This document shows positions 41,552 to 54,460 of a stretch of DNA of 64,000 nucleotides, piece by piece. The translations under genes and the position numbers were made by a program. Within the stretch, counting starts at the first letter, position 1; each line of letters starts with the position of its first letter. Location of the stretch: assembly GCF_009914755.1 (NCBI RefSeq), contig NC_060925.1; one strand, 5' to 3'. Below the pieces are notes generated by a model, which ran no database searches, had not been told where the DNA came from, and saw nothing but the letters and a program-made list of their open reading frames with translations. This stretch comes from the human T2T-CHM13v2.0 reference genome, Homo sapiens.

Positions 41552-42591
41552 TCACGATAGCTTTTAAATCAGCATTTATTCAGCCCTGATAGATGCCAAA
41601 TGTTTTCACATACATTGTTTTGTTGATTCTTTATATATTTACCCTATCTTTAGATGAGGAAATGGTGGCCCAGGGGGATTCAGTGACTTCCTTTAATAGT
41701 CAGGGTAGTTGAACCTGGCTGCTCTAACAAACAGTCATCATATCTCAGCACTTTACCATATATATGAGTATTTCCTGCTCACATCACAATCTAATGAGAA
41801 TTAGGTGGCTTTCCTGGGTGGGTGTCCTTTAGATGATGATTCATGGATTTGGTTCACCTCCCTTGTGTGATCCTGACGTTTTGGAATATTTTGTTTCCGT
41901 TGGTGTGGATTTAGAGACAGAGTGTGTGAAAAATCTTCAGGGAAGCTTCAGAGGTAAGGCCTGGAAGTGTGGCATCACTTTTGCCCACGTCCTACTGTCC
42001 AGAATCTAGTAGCGTGGCCAACTGCAAGGGAGGCTGGGGAACAGTCTTCTTCGTGCCCAGAGGAAGAGGGCGAGCATCTCCCTGTCACCCCTGTGGAGGG
42101 CCATCCCAGGATCCCTCCTGGTGCAGCTTGTAAGTGGGGCCGGGATTCTAAGCTAACCGTCTCGTTCTACCGACTCCTTCCGCGTCTGTTTCTCTTGCTT
42201 CTCTTCCTTTTTCTCCTCCGCCTCCACCCCCCATACACAGTCGTATTTAGCTAATCCCCTCCATACGTAGTTACACTGCTTATGCAAAGGTCAGCTGATA
42301 TTTCTTCCCTCAGTATCTTCTTAAGGGAAGAAGAAACCCCCAGCCCCCCTGACATTTGATAGAACCACAGAGGCTGTTGTTACTTGAGAAAAATGTTCAC
42401 CACATAATAATGTATATGAGGAATTGATCATTTACTTACCCTCAAAGCAGATGGACTTTATAAGCAGAAGTGCTCTGTAATGCAGGCATGACTGGGAAGA
42501 ACAAATCACATTTCTCTGTGTACTTAGGGGAGAAAGAATTAATTCAAATGCAGGGTCTGCCGCTTCAGGTCCATTTACGGAAGCCGCAATC

Positions 42592-42620
42592 CTGCACTAT
42601 GACCACCAGGGGGAGCGCTA
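42592..42620 (+). promoter_or_regulatory. CTCF binding motif (core plus upstream module)
   Basis: ctgcactatgaCCACCAGGGGGAGCgcta closely matches the CTCF core (CCASYAGRKGGCRS) with an upstream TGCA module; neighbouring CpGs are retained. Confidence 0.75.
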
Positions 42621-42863
42621 GGCCCATCCCTGCACAGGTAGCTATTTTTAGAGGTTGCTTCTAGCCTGGAGGAAGAAACGAAAGAAATAAAAGACTATGA
42701 TACTTTTTTTTTTTAACCGGACCAACTTATAAATTATTTGTAAGTCCAATAAAAGGCAATTATCAACATTTCCTACTATTTCAGGAGTAATATATTCTAT
42801 GTTAGAAAAAGATGCACTTTATTCCATGGCTATGATTCAGACAATGGGAAATTGGAGACAACC

Positions 42864-42900
<37 letters not shown>

Positions 42901-43221
42901 TTGTTACCCTGTGTAAATCTTTGTCTTTAAAACCCAAATCAGAGGATGTGAATTCTGGCCCTAGTGGGCATGAGATATTTGCCCTGAAGGCTGTGGAATT
43001 TGATGGGCTGGGGAAGGCGACTGGAAGGTATGTGTGTGATGCGTGTGCAGTAACACTGTGTATAACTCTCATTCTTTCCACAGCACAAGGGAAGTGAGTC
43101 AGAGTACTCTTGTCCAAACAACTGAATAGTGAGCAATAGCAAATTGTTTTAGGAAATATAGTTTTATTATTTCTAACTCTGTAGGCATACAATATAATAA
43201 TGAAGCTCAGAAGATATTCTC

Positions 43222-43296
43222 ATATATGTATGTATATATATATACATACACACAGACATATATATATACACACAGAGAGAGAGAGAGAGAGAGAGA

Positions 43297-43348
<52 letters not shown>
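43222..43348. repeat. Compound (TA)n(CA)n(GA)n(TG)~25 microsatellite
   Basis: Directly visible. Confidence 0.95.
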
Positions 43349-43350
<2 letters not shown>

Positions 43351-43460
43351 CGCTATGTTGCCCAGGCTGGCCTCAAACTCCTGGGCTCAAGAAAATGTGT
43401 CCTCCTGCCTCAACCTCCCAAAGTGCTGGGATTACAGGTATGAATCACTACTTCCAGCCA
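43349..43460 (-). mobile_element. Alu left monomer / FLAM-AluJ fragment
   Basis: ttcgctatgttgcccaggctggcctcaaactcctgggctcaag...caaagtgctgggattacagg. Confidence 0.88.
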
Positions 43461-44199
43461 GAAGAGATCCTCTTCTAATAAACAAAATTGTTGTTTTCAA
43501 AGAGCCCTCCTATTCTTTCCAATCAATTGTATGAGCATCACTCTCTTGCCAAGCAGCAGTGTCGTGTGATGGGACAAGCATGGTTCCTTGACTCCAGAAA
43601 AACAGAGCCTGAACCTTGCCTCTGTGAGTCAGTAAAACTGAGACTTTGGGCAAATAACTGAACCTCCTCCATCTTCGGTTTCTATAATACAATACCTATC
43701 TCCCAGAATGAACACAAACCTGGAATGAGACAGTATACATGAGTACCTAGCTCAATAAATGTTAGCTTTCTACTTTGATAAGGTCTCTTGTTTCCCTACA
43801 GATGGCAACAAATACATTTGAACAGAGTTGCTGGATTCTACATTGTCACATATTCTGAGTCTGTGGGCCTGGATGAATGAGGTTTTGCTTTGAAGCCATT
43901 GTAGGGATGAGGAGTGGGTGAAGGTGGACCCGCTCGGGTGTGGAGGCAGGCTTACCGAATCCCTTAGCTCTAAAGAAAAAGCATGTTTCCAGGGCTATGT
44001 GTTCTCCAGAGAACTGAGGCCCTTCACTGAGCTGAGAAGGCCTTTTTCTCAAGCACAGGGAACAAAGCAGCAGGCAGTGGGAATGTGAACCTGTAAACCA
44101 AGGCTCCCATCAGCTGCTGTGACTACTTGGAGACCTTTTCCTGACTGTGTGACAAGCAGAACAATAAGAGCTGATAAAGCTCAGAGCCTCTGCTGGGGC

Positions 44200-45019
44200 A
44201 AACGACTGAATGTTTGTGTGCCCCCCAGATTCATAAGTTGAATCCTAACCCCCGATGTGATGATATTTGGAGGCGGGGCCTTTGGATGGTGCTAAGGTTA
44301 TGAGAGTGGAGCCCTTACAAATGGGATTAGTGCTATTATAAAAGGGGCCATGGCACTATTCACAATAGCAAAGACTTGGAACCAATCCAAATGTCCATCA
44401 ATGATAGACTGGATTAAGAAAATGTGGCACATTTACACCATGGAATACTATGCAGCCATAAAAAAGGATGAGTTCATGTCCTTTGTAGGGACATGGATGA
44501 AGCTAGAAACCATCATTCTCAGCAAACTATCGCAGGGACAAAAAACCAAACACCACATGTTCTCACTCATAGGTGGGAATTGAACAATGAGAACACTTGG
44601 ACACAGGAAGGGGAACACCACACACTGGGGCCTGTCGTAGGGTGGGGGGAGGGGGAAGGGATAGCATTAGGAGATATACCTAATGTAAATGACAAGTTGA
44701 TGGGTGCAGCACACCAACTGGCACATGGATACATATGTAACAAACCTGCACATTTTGCACATGTACTCTAGAACTTAAAGTATAATATATAAAAAAAAGG
44801 GGGCCATGGAGAGCTACCTCACTGCTTCCACCATGTGAGGTTACAGTGAGAAGCTGGTGTCTGTGAACAAGGATGTGGGTTTTCACTAGACACTGAATCT
44901 GCTGGGGCCTTGATCTTGGACTTCCCAGCCTCTAGCAATGTGAGAAATAAAATGCTTGTTGTTTAAGCCACCAAGTCTATGAGTATTCTGGGTTATCATA
45001 GCCCGAATGGACTAAGATA
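44200..45019 (+). mobile_element. MLT1A-like LTR interrupted by an L1PA insertion
   Basis: actgaatgtttgtgtgcccccc...gggattagtg | ...ttggacttcccagcctc...gagaaataaa...ggactaagata. Confidence 0.85.
44350..44798 (+). mobile_element. 5'-truncated L1PA (PA3-6-like): ORF2 C-terminus, 3'UTR and polyA
   Basis: ORF-track 44350..44583 (ALFTIAKTWNQSKCPSMIDWIKKMWHIYTMEYY...SLIGGN) is the L1 ORF2 end. TSD aaaaggggccatgg/aaaagggggccatgg. Confidence 0.97.
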
Positions 45020-45339
45020 GCTAGTGTCTAGGGAACTTGGAGGTGCAACGTGTAGAGCTTGGAAGAAGGTGAGTTGCAGGCATTCTGAAGATTACCAGGA
45101 CTCTGGGGGTCAGCTCAGTGCTCCAGAAACAAGAAAAAGCTGACGCCCCTAGAGAAAAAGCCCATTTGCCACAAGGTTTGCCATCAGGCGGCACTGTGAG
45201 CCCAGCACCTGCTCCCCATTCACAGAACTGGTCTTGAACCACTCATTTCTACCCACCCATTCCTCCAGGCCTGATCCCTGTTTGTGAGCATTAGCCTAAG
45301 ACCTCATGCTCATCTCTGCTGTTTATCCTTAGTACCCCT

Positions 45340-45795
45340 CCACACCTGTCCTCCACCTTTCTCAGCCGTTGTCTGTGCCCTGGGAGACTGCACCACCTGG
45401 ACTTCTTTGCTGCCTGTTCAGGTTAGGAAGCTCCAGCAGGAGGTCCCAAAGTGAGATAAGAAGGAAGGTGAGGTATTTCTTCCCTGCCCCTCTTCCTACT
45501 TGGGCGTGAAACTCTGCCACTCCTGGTACCCTTCCAGCAACTGGAGCTCCCACCAACCCTCCTCATGGCCCCCATCCCCGTGGGGATCTAGTGATCATCT
45601 TTCCCCTGCCACCTTGCTCCTTCTACCATCTGTGTGGTAATGGCTTCCTGCTCTTGCTCCGTGCTGGGTGCTCCACTCTTCCTTGTCAATTCCCTCAACC
45701 CTATTCACAACTCCCTGAGATGTCTTGTCATTAAAATCTCTGCTTTTCAACCACCTGGGGTGAATTCTGTTTTCCACAAGGGCCCTGATTTATAT
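45340..45795 (+). mobile_element. LTR33-like ERVL LTR
   Basis: ggtgaggtatttcttccc...ggtaatggcttcctgct...cattaaaatctct...ctgtttt. Confidence 0.6.
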
Positions 45796-48456
45796 ATATC
45801 GCCTCTTCATAAATATTTATTTACATATATCTTGTTTTAGAAAGGAGCTAAGAACAATATATAAACTGTAAAATCACAAAAGTTAAAGTAAAATTTAAAA
45901 CCGTGGGGACAAAGGCATAAATTGGAACCAAAGACAAAACTAAGAAAACTGCACAGCACCATAACTCCCCCATTTGCTTATTGGCGGCCACAAATGTAGC
46001 CCCTTGTTTTTTAGATGCCCACAGATAATGTACAGCCTCTGTTGAGTGCAGAGTCTACAAAATACCAATAAACCAAGTACCTCACACAAATACAACTCTA
46101 CGGGACTATAGTATTAGCAGCATTCTCTTCGTCGTAATGAAAAGACTTTTATACGGAACAGCACCAGAAAGGGGAGGACTAGGTGAACGTGTTGCCATAA
46201 AGATGCCCTTGGCCATGAAGGAAAAGGGCATGTCCCAGGCATCTGAGAACAGGTGCCACAGTGTGGCCAGACCTTCCAGTCAAGGCACCTGGTCCAGGGC
46301 ACCTGCAGAAATCTCAGCGTCAGGGCTTGCTGGCTCTGCAACCCAGTGGTCCACCATTAGCGCCGCTGACCTTTTTCTAACTATTGGTTTAACTCTGCTT
46401 CTCTTTCTGCCAACAGTTTGCTTCCTCAAATGTCCTTGGTCTTTCTCAGAGTTCTGGTTACTCAGGTTTCCACACTGCCGTAATTTTGTTTGCACATAAC
46501 ATCAGTTTATTCAGGGCCTCTGTTCTACCGCATAGCCTCTCTCTGGGCATTCAACCAGCCTCACTTTCTGCTACTGATTCTCCCTATATCTTTCAATTCA
46601 GGTTTTCCAGAGTGAAAATACGATTGGCCATATTTCTCTCCGGGCAGAACTTTCCATATTCGGTCACATCATAACTGGCGTTTGGTCAGGTGTCCAGCCT
46701 AGTGCATTCTGGGGGCTGCCAGGGTAGGTAGGGTCACAGGCTAAACATGACAGCTCAGGATTGTGGTGTGTGCAGGGCAGTTTCCTTTGGAAGAGGAAGA
46801 TCAACCCATATAGACTGCATCATCTGGGCTCCACCAGTTCACAAGGAAAACCCTGTCAGTCATTTCTCACTCTTCATGAAGAGATTATGGATGATATGTG
46901 AACATCTGCTGATTCTGGTCTCCTGGACTTCCCTAGGAATCTCCATCACGGCTCTGTCCTCTGTAAAAAAAAAATTTCTACTGATCTACTCCAGCCCTGA
47001 AAGCAGAACCCAGACAACAGGGGGAATATGGCCTGGGCAAACACAGTAGATATTTGATTTTGGTGAGGTCATTGGTTCCTGAGCACGCCAGCGTGAGCTA
47101 GGGGCTACAAGACAAATGCTAACCACTCTCTGCTGGTGAGGACAGAGAAGAACTCTAGCTTGCAATGAACTCAGGACATGAAAAAGATGAGCTGTGGATG
47201 ATGGCTCTGAAGGCCTCCAGCTGAGTGCGGCCAGGAAAGGCAAGCAATGTCACATAGCCAGTCTGGAGAGTGTGTCCTTCTGTAGTGTGGACAGCCATCA
47301 GAGAAGAACTTTCCCCAGGGAGTTTAGCATTGGTGAGTGCTGGCAGAGCTGGAGTTCTAACCCTGCCACGTATCAGCTGTGTGACTTTGGACAAATTACT
47401 TGATTCTTGAAGCTGTGTCTGCATATATAAAATGCAGACAGTAATATCTACTTTGAGGAGCTGAAGCAAGAAATACATGATAGAGTGGTTATGAAGCACT
47501 TGGAGACTAAGCTTTCAAAAACTGATAGTAATTTTTATAATTATGATTCTTGGTGGAGCTGCTGACCTGTTTTCTAATATTTGCAATAGGACTTGGGTTC
47601 CCAATGACTTGAGAATAAAGGAACCTTTCAAACCAAAATGAGGAATTGTGCCACTTATGATGAGGCAACCATAGCATTTTGGGTAGACAGGGCAGTGGTT
47701 TTAAGCAGAGGCTGGGGCTACGTACTTCATGCAGCTCAGTTGGTTGTGGGTTGAATAATCTATTGCAAGATCCAGATTTGGAGTTAAATTTTTTAAAAAG
47801 ACAGTGGTACAAGAAAAGATAACAGGTCTCCCAAGAGGCATAGCAGGCTAGAAAGCATTTGTTGCATGGAGACACAAGGGTGGCTCAGTCCGTTATAGCA
47901 TAACCCTGCCCCTCAAATCCTGGAGGTGGTGAGGGAAAGCGCAGGCAAGCTTGACCTCGTATTGGAGTTGCCATCTCTCACAATAGCCCTCTCCGCCAAC
48001 ATCTGAGATCCTTAGTTCCAGCAGGGTGTGAGCTCTGAATCACTGAACTCTATCTACCTATACCCTCTGGGGAGGGCTGCAGGAGGCCAGTGGCTTAGGA
48101 CTTTTTTTTTTTCTGCCTCCTAGGGGAAAAACTGTTCCCCTTCAGCCAAAGGGGCCATTTCTGCAGTCAGAAGGGAAGGAGCCCTGCTCAGTCTTGCTGC
48201 CAGGTGCAGGCTGAATTATCTTGCAAGAGCAACTGGAGTCTACCTTGGCTGAAGTCAGTGAGGTCGTAAAATCACTTCCCTGAGGCACTGCAGCACCCAA
48301 TTTGGAGATGAGTGGGGATTTACATGATTCAACGGAATGTTTCTTTCCAGTGTCAGGGCTCAGTCAGTCGTGAAGGAGGAATTTGTGAGCAAAGCTTACG
48401 GGCTGTGTTTGAGATTCATTCTTGTCCTTGTCCGGAGGGGCTGGAGGAGCAGTGGC

Positions 48457-48487
<31 letters not shown>

Positions 48488-49259
48488 TAAATTTTCTGGG
48501 ACAAGTAAAAGTAAATTATGCTCAGGGATAGGATTTATCTACTCCACTGGGACCTTGTGAGGCTCTCTTTACTGGGGCTGGGGGCTGAACCGAGAAAACT
48601 TTTCTAAGTCTAAATCCACAATGAAATGGACACTCAATTGCTGAATATTTATTATGATAGGTTAGGTGCTATGTTACGTCATTTACATAACATTTTCTCA
48701 TTAGATTCTTACAAAAGATCTATGAAGTAGCTATTTTTGTCCTCGTCTTACAGATGAAGAAACTGAGGCTGAGAGAAATTAAATAATGAGCCCAAGATGA
48801 TGCGGCCAGAAAGTTGCTCAGCTGACTCCATACTGCCCTACCCCAAGGTGACACTCCCTGGAGTTGTGGCTGGAATTCGCACCTGAACGTGTTTATTTCC
48901 AAATACATATCATGCAATCTAAGAACAAAATAAGCCAGTACGCTTACCTTGCACTTGGAGGCTCTGTGTGATCTCCCTAAAAACAGGTTAACAGGTAGCT
49001 GGAATTTGGGGAGAAGTTCTGTCTGTATGATTACCCTGTGGTTTAGTGGATAAAGCTGGAGATTGGAGTCCTCAACCAGGCAGAATTCAGATCCATGCTG
49101 ATCCACTTACCAGGTATGGGATTTCAAGAAAGTCACTTATCCTTTCTGAGCCTCAGTTTCTTCATCTGTTTACATGGATTGCTAAAGGAACTCAGAGTGC
49201 TTGTCAATGCAATGGCCTTGCTGTATGGTATAGGCTCCTCAAATGTTAGGTTTTCCTCT

Positions 49260-50810
49260 CTTGTGGTTATCTATTGCTGTATAACCATTTCAAAACATAA
49301 TGGCTTAAAATAAAACAATCCCTCATTTTGCTCAGTTAAGGTTAAGGCTCAGTGAGGACATCTTGTTCCTTCTTTATGCAACATTGGCTGGGGTGGCTCA
49401 TGTGGGAATCCTCTTTCAAGATGGATCATTTGCATGGCTAGCAAAGCTGCTTGTCATTTCCTTTTGAGACGGGATATTTCCCTTGACCCCTTTGTAGGAC
49501 TTGTGAAGGGGTGACTCATTTACTCAGCCCGGAGCTCTGAACCCCTCACAGGAGGGTGAACACATAGGTGATTGGGTGCAGGAGCCCATGCAAATGAATG
49601 CTGGAACAGGCCGGTTGCTCCTCTCTGGTGGGAGCAGGCTCTGTGCAGCCCTGCAGCAGGGTTCAAGCACATTACAATGTTCTTTTAGCTCTGCTATCTG
49701 GGAAGGGATGTCTGCAATCCCTGGAGCCCCAGAGGGTGTGTGTTACAATCAGTGCTCTTTTAACATTTGCTGTCCACGGATGGCTAAGTGTTTACTAGCT
49801 CAGTGGAGGGTCAAGGTGCCAGCCTTTTATACCCTGCCCTCTTGGTACCTGAGTTCTTGTCTGACGTTCAGGAAGAATCAGGTCACATGAACGAATTGAA
49901 GGGTGGTGAATGCGGAGGATTTTATTGAGTGGTGGAAGTGGTTCTCAGTGGGAAAGGGAGCTGGAAGGGAGACAGAGTGGGAATATAATCTTCTCCTGGA
50001 GTTCAGCTGTCCCCGGCCAAACTCTTTTCTGAAGTCCCTGTCAAGCTGTCCCTCTGAAATCAAGCTGCTTTTCTTCTACATCTGGCTGCTTCTTCTCTAC
50101 TCTCCTTCTCTGCCACTCCATTCTGCTCTTCTGCCAGTGGAGCTTGGGATTTTTATGGGTACAGAGTGGGAGGCTGGTGGGGGGGCAGGGTGGTTTTGGA
50201 AAAGGCAACATTCAGGCAGGAAAACGAGCATGTGAATTTCTAATTTAGGGCCATGGGTCCAGGCTTGAGGGTGGAACCCTCGCCAGGGACCCACCCTCTT
50301 CTACCCAGTATTTCTCTGCCTCCTGTCCATATCACTTTCCACACTGGTCTGTTCACAGAGCAGCTTGTGCTTCCTCACAGTATGGTTGCTGGGTTAGAAG
50401 AGCAAGTGTCACAAGAAACAGAAAGTAGAAGCTGTCCATTTATTAAAGCCTGGACCTGGAAACTGGCACAGCACTACTTCTGCCACATTTTATTGGCCAA
50501 GAAGTCCCAGAACCTAGATTCAGGGGCAGGGGACATTAATGGGAGGAATATCAATTAGTTTTGGGATCAAGTTTTAAAACTACCATGCCACACTTTTCCC
50601 TCTGGCCTCAAATTGATTACATTTATTCTACATGCCAACTATACCCACTGCTTCCCAACACCCCCCAAAAAGCCTCATCCCATTATGGTGTTAGATTCAG
50701 GCTCAAGGTCCAGAATCCTGTCATTTAGTCAGGTTGAGATGCCAGTGAGGCTCCTGGGCGCAGTTCCTCAGATAAAGCTCCTTTTGATCAGAAGTCCTGT
50801 GCACTAAAGA
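49260..50810 (-). mobile_element. MLT1 (G/H-like) LTR split by an ERV1 LTR
   Basis: atctattgctgtataacc...ggcttaaaa on the left; resumes at ~50340 with cttctgccacattttattggcc. Confidence 0.65.
49465..50334 (-). mobile_element. ERV1 solo LTR of the MER52/LTR27/LTR28 group
   Basis: Minus strand starts tgatatggacaggaggcagagaaatactgggtagaagaggg; TG...CA ends; perfect 4-bp TSD cttt. Confidence 0.85.
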
Positions 50811-51683
50811 GACAAGTCCTCTGCTTCCACTTACAATGGTGGGACAAACTCAAACCATCAGAGCAGCGGTGTTCAGTAGAAGCTGAGCTGCTGAGTCAGT
50901 CTGGTGGGCTGGGGGGTGTCTTGCAGCAGCCTCCTGCCATGGACTGAGCACAGGCTTTGCCACTAGATGTTCTGGCTTCCAATGTAGACTCTGCCACTGA
51001 TTTTGTGGGTGGCAGTGAGTACGTCTTTCTGCGACTCAGAACCTTAATTCCCTTTTCCTTAAAATGGGAATAATAATCTGCGCTTCACAGGTCTTTGTGG
51101 GGTTTAAATAATGTGTTGTACTTGAAATTGCCTGGTAAAATGCATGGCCTATACTAGGTCATCAATATGAGAATAAATTGGGCATAATGATATTTATTTC
51201 ACAGCAAGAATGCAAGACTCAAAGTAAATGAAAGAGATTTGTAAACTGTACAAGTTTTATGAAAGACTAATGTGTGTTTGTTTCTTTTGTTAACATCCAT
51301 TGGCTGCTTCCTAGTTGAGGCCCCAGCATCAGCAGTGAGGGGTACCCTCTGCCCTGGGGCCAGTGACAGCTTGGTCTCTGAGGCAAAAGCTGGGAAAGGG
51401 AGCTGCTAGCTGCACATGAACCAAAAGTCATGAGACTCTATCCCTTTCCTTTTATGGTTGCCTTTGCTCTGAAGCCACCAGATTTCACCCACATGGGATT
51501 ACACCAAAATGTATCAATCCAGCCTTTGGTGCTAGAGAAAATTTCTGTAGGGGATAATTAGATGAATCTACATTGTAGCCAAAAGGTCAGAGCAGCAGTG
51601 AGTGGGTGGGTGGCCATATGGTTTCTGTTTCTAAGAGTCAAAGATGAAGTAGAAGTAATACCGGCTTAGAAGTAGGCAAACCA

Positions 51684-52034
<351 letters not shown>

Positions 52035-53074
52035 TCACCCACAGGATCCTCAGCTTTCTCACCTGATATGTAGGAAAATAATCATCCCAGCTGATGTAGT
52101 TGTAGAAAGCACCGAGGCAATGCATGTGAAGAGCTCAGAGCTCGCTTCATTGCCTGATGCAGAGGCAGTGCCAAGCAGATGCTACTTTATTATTATTGGG
52201 AGAGCATGGGATAATAGTATTCCCCTCATGGGCAGGTATAAGGATTGGATAAATTGCATTCAGAGCATTTCCCAAGAACTAGACATGTAGAAAGTGCTCA
52301 GGAAATAGTGGCTGCTGCCATTAATAATTTTAATTTTAGCAACAACAGTGTTAATCACACTCAACTAACAATCTTTCAAAGTTTCTATAAGCTTGGAGAT
52401 GAGTAGGTTTGAATTATGTATACAGATGCCATGTGAAAGATTTCTTCTGCAAGAGACTGGTGTATAAACAATTTACTTGCACAAAACAAGGAAATAAAAA
52501 ATATTAACAGAAAAGGAGCCATACTGAGACCAGCACCCACAATTTTGTTGATGTTTCACATGAAAAAGTGCACAATAAAATCTCCATTTTGAAGATGTTG
52601 CTCAATTTTTTAGACAAAGAGAAATACTAAGTGGAACAGGCTTACTGAACAGTTCAAACTGGGGCCACAAACCAGATATGGTTTTATTTATTTTCCAGTC
52701 ACTGCCTTCAGCTAAGCTCTGTCTAAATCCACTTTCCCATATCTTATTGGTAAATCCATAGCTTTTTGGTCACTTTCAGCAACATGGATAAAATCACTCT
52801 AGTATTTCAGCCTCCTCGTCCTAAACATGGTACTCCGTGGTCCCTACCTAACCCTCCTTGTGTGGGCTACTCCATCAAGTCTCCTGCCTTCAGAAACCAG
52901 AAGAGAAGTAGGCACCAGTTTCTATGCTTCTATACGTTCCCAAACTCCAAGAGACCTCTTTTAAGAACTTTCTTACACTCTTCCCCTCCATGTCAAGGTG
53001 GTCCTGGGCTGAGACCTCACATTCTGCAGCTCAGTGGACAGCAGACTGGGGAATATAATGCTTCATGGGTGAGC

Positions 53075-53625
53075 TATTGATACAATAAGGCTGTCTAACA
53101 CTTAATCCAACACCTAGTAGTTTAGACCACACTCTTTCTCAGATCTGTGGCTGGCTGAGCAGCCTGGCTTCAGGCTATGGCGGGTGGAGATCAGCTGATT
53201 GAGTCTGGATTTGACTGAGCAACTCTAATTCAAGCTGAAGGTATGCAGGTTTGCTGGGCCCTTCTGTTCCATGTGCCTCTTTTCCTCCAGGATAGAGGGA
53301 TACCTGAGGCATGTTCTTTCTATGATGACAACAGAGACGTAAAAGGGCACCTCTAAGTATCGTGACCTCACATGACTATATTCAAGAACATGAAGGGAAA
53401 TGAGGATTCTCCCTGCACATCTCTTTGTTTCCATGCCTTCAGAAACCAGAAGAGAAGTAGGCACCAGTTTCTATAAGTTCCCAAACTTATAGGGTGGTAG
53501 TTTTCCTTAGAAGTTACCCAACAGATTTTCCTCTGTATCTTATCCACCAGGACAGAGTCTCATGTCTATCTTCAAATGAATCTCTGGAAAAGTGAAAGCG
53601 ATGACCATGGTGGGCTCAGAAAAAT
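53075..53625 (-). mobile_element. Old MLT1 (J/K/L-like) fragments
   Basis: ctgttccatgtg...ggcatgttcttt and cagattttcctctgtatctta...accatggtgggctcaga wording. Confidence 0.5.
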
Positions 53626-54084
53626 GCTTGTTGAGTGAATTGATTTTTATGGAAACAAGCAATCTTCGTTTAGGTTGCTAAACGAAGTGTCACTTCTGAG
53701 AACAAGCAAAATGCATGCCCAGGTTAGGGTAACTAAGTAAAAGGAAATGAGGAGGGAAGAGTAGGAAGAAGGATCCTGCTTTATGTTTGTTGCCAGCTCA
53801 TCTACTGAAACACAATTGTGGTTTCAGTAACACAGAGTGATAATATGCTCAGAGTTTGAGGGCTACGCGAGAGCTTCCCAAGCCTGGGGGTCCTTATTTC
53901 ATATTCAAGAAAATAAAAGCAGTGGCAGTAAGGAAGTTAATTATAACTGTAATAACAATGTGTTATAATTAGCTATGAATAATAATTAGCTATTTTTAAT
54001 ACTTAGGTAGTACCAATTAAGTGCAGGCACTTTCTTAAGAGCTTCCTAAATATGAATTCATTATTATGTATTGCTCATGAAGAC

Positions 54085-54460
54085 TGCAGTGGCCAGCTGG
54101 CCTCAATGAACCACACTTTCTGATATTCACACCCTTGGATGGTCCCTCCCACATTGATCCTAGGGTTGGCTTGCAATTTGCCTTCACCAGTGGGACATTG
54201 ACAAGTGTAATATAAGCACAATAATTATCTTTTGGGAGTCAGCTGCTATGCTGTAAAGAAGCTTAAGCTAGACTCCTGAATGATGAGAGGCCACGTGCAG
54301 AGAAACCCTATGCAATGAAAGGCTATCTTTCATGTCCCAGCCCCATTTTACCTCTCAGCTGAACAGCCTTCCACAGAATCCTGAGAAATAATAAGCCAAT
54401 GTTGTTTCCAGCCACTGAGTTTTTAGGCAGTTTGTTATACCGCAGTAGAAATTTAAATAA
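54085..54460 (+). mobile_element. MLT1 (G/H-like) LTR
   Basis: tgatattcacaccctt...cagaatcctgagaaataataa...agtttgttatac. Confidence 0.7.

Noticed and set aside
44350-44583. 77-aa L1 ORF2-like protein
   Set aside because: Only the C-terminal fragment of a 5'-truncated L1; it cannot be functional.
50960-50974. CTCF-like gccactagatgttct
   Set aside because: The 3' half lacks the GGC/GGG core; weak match.
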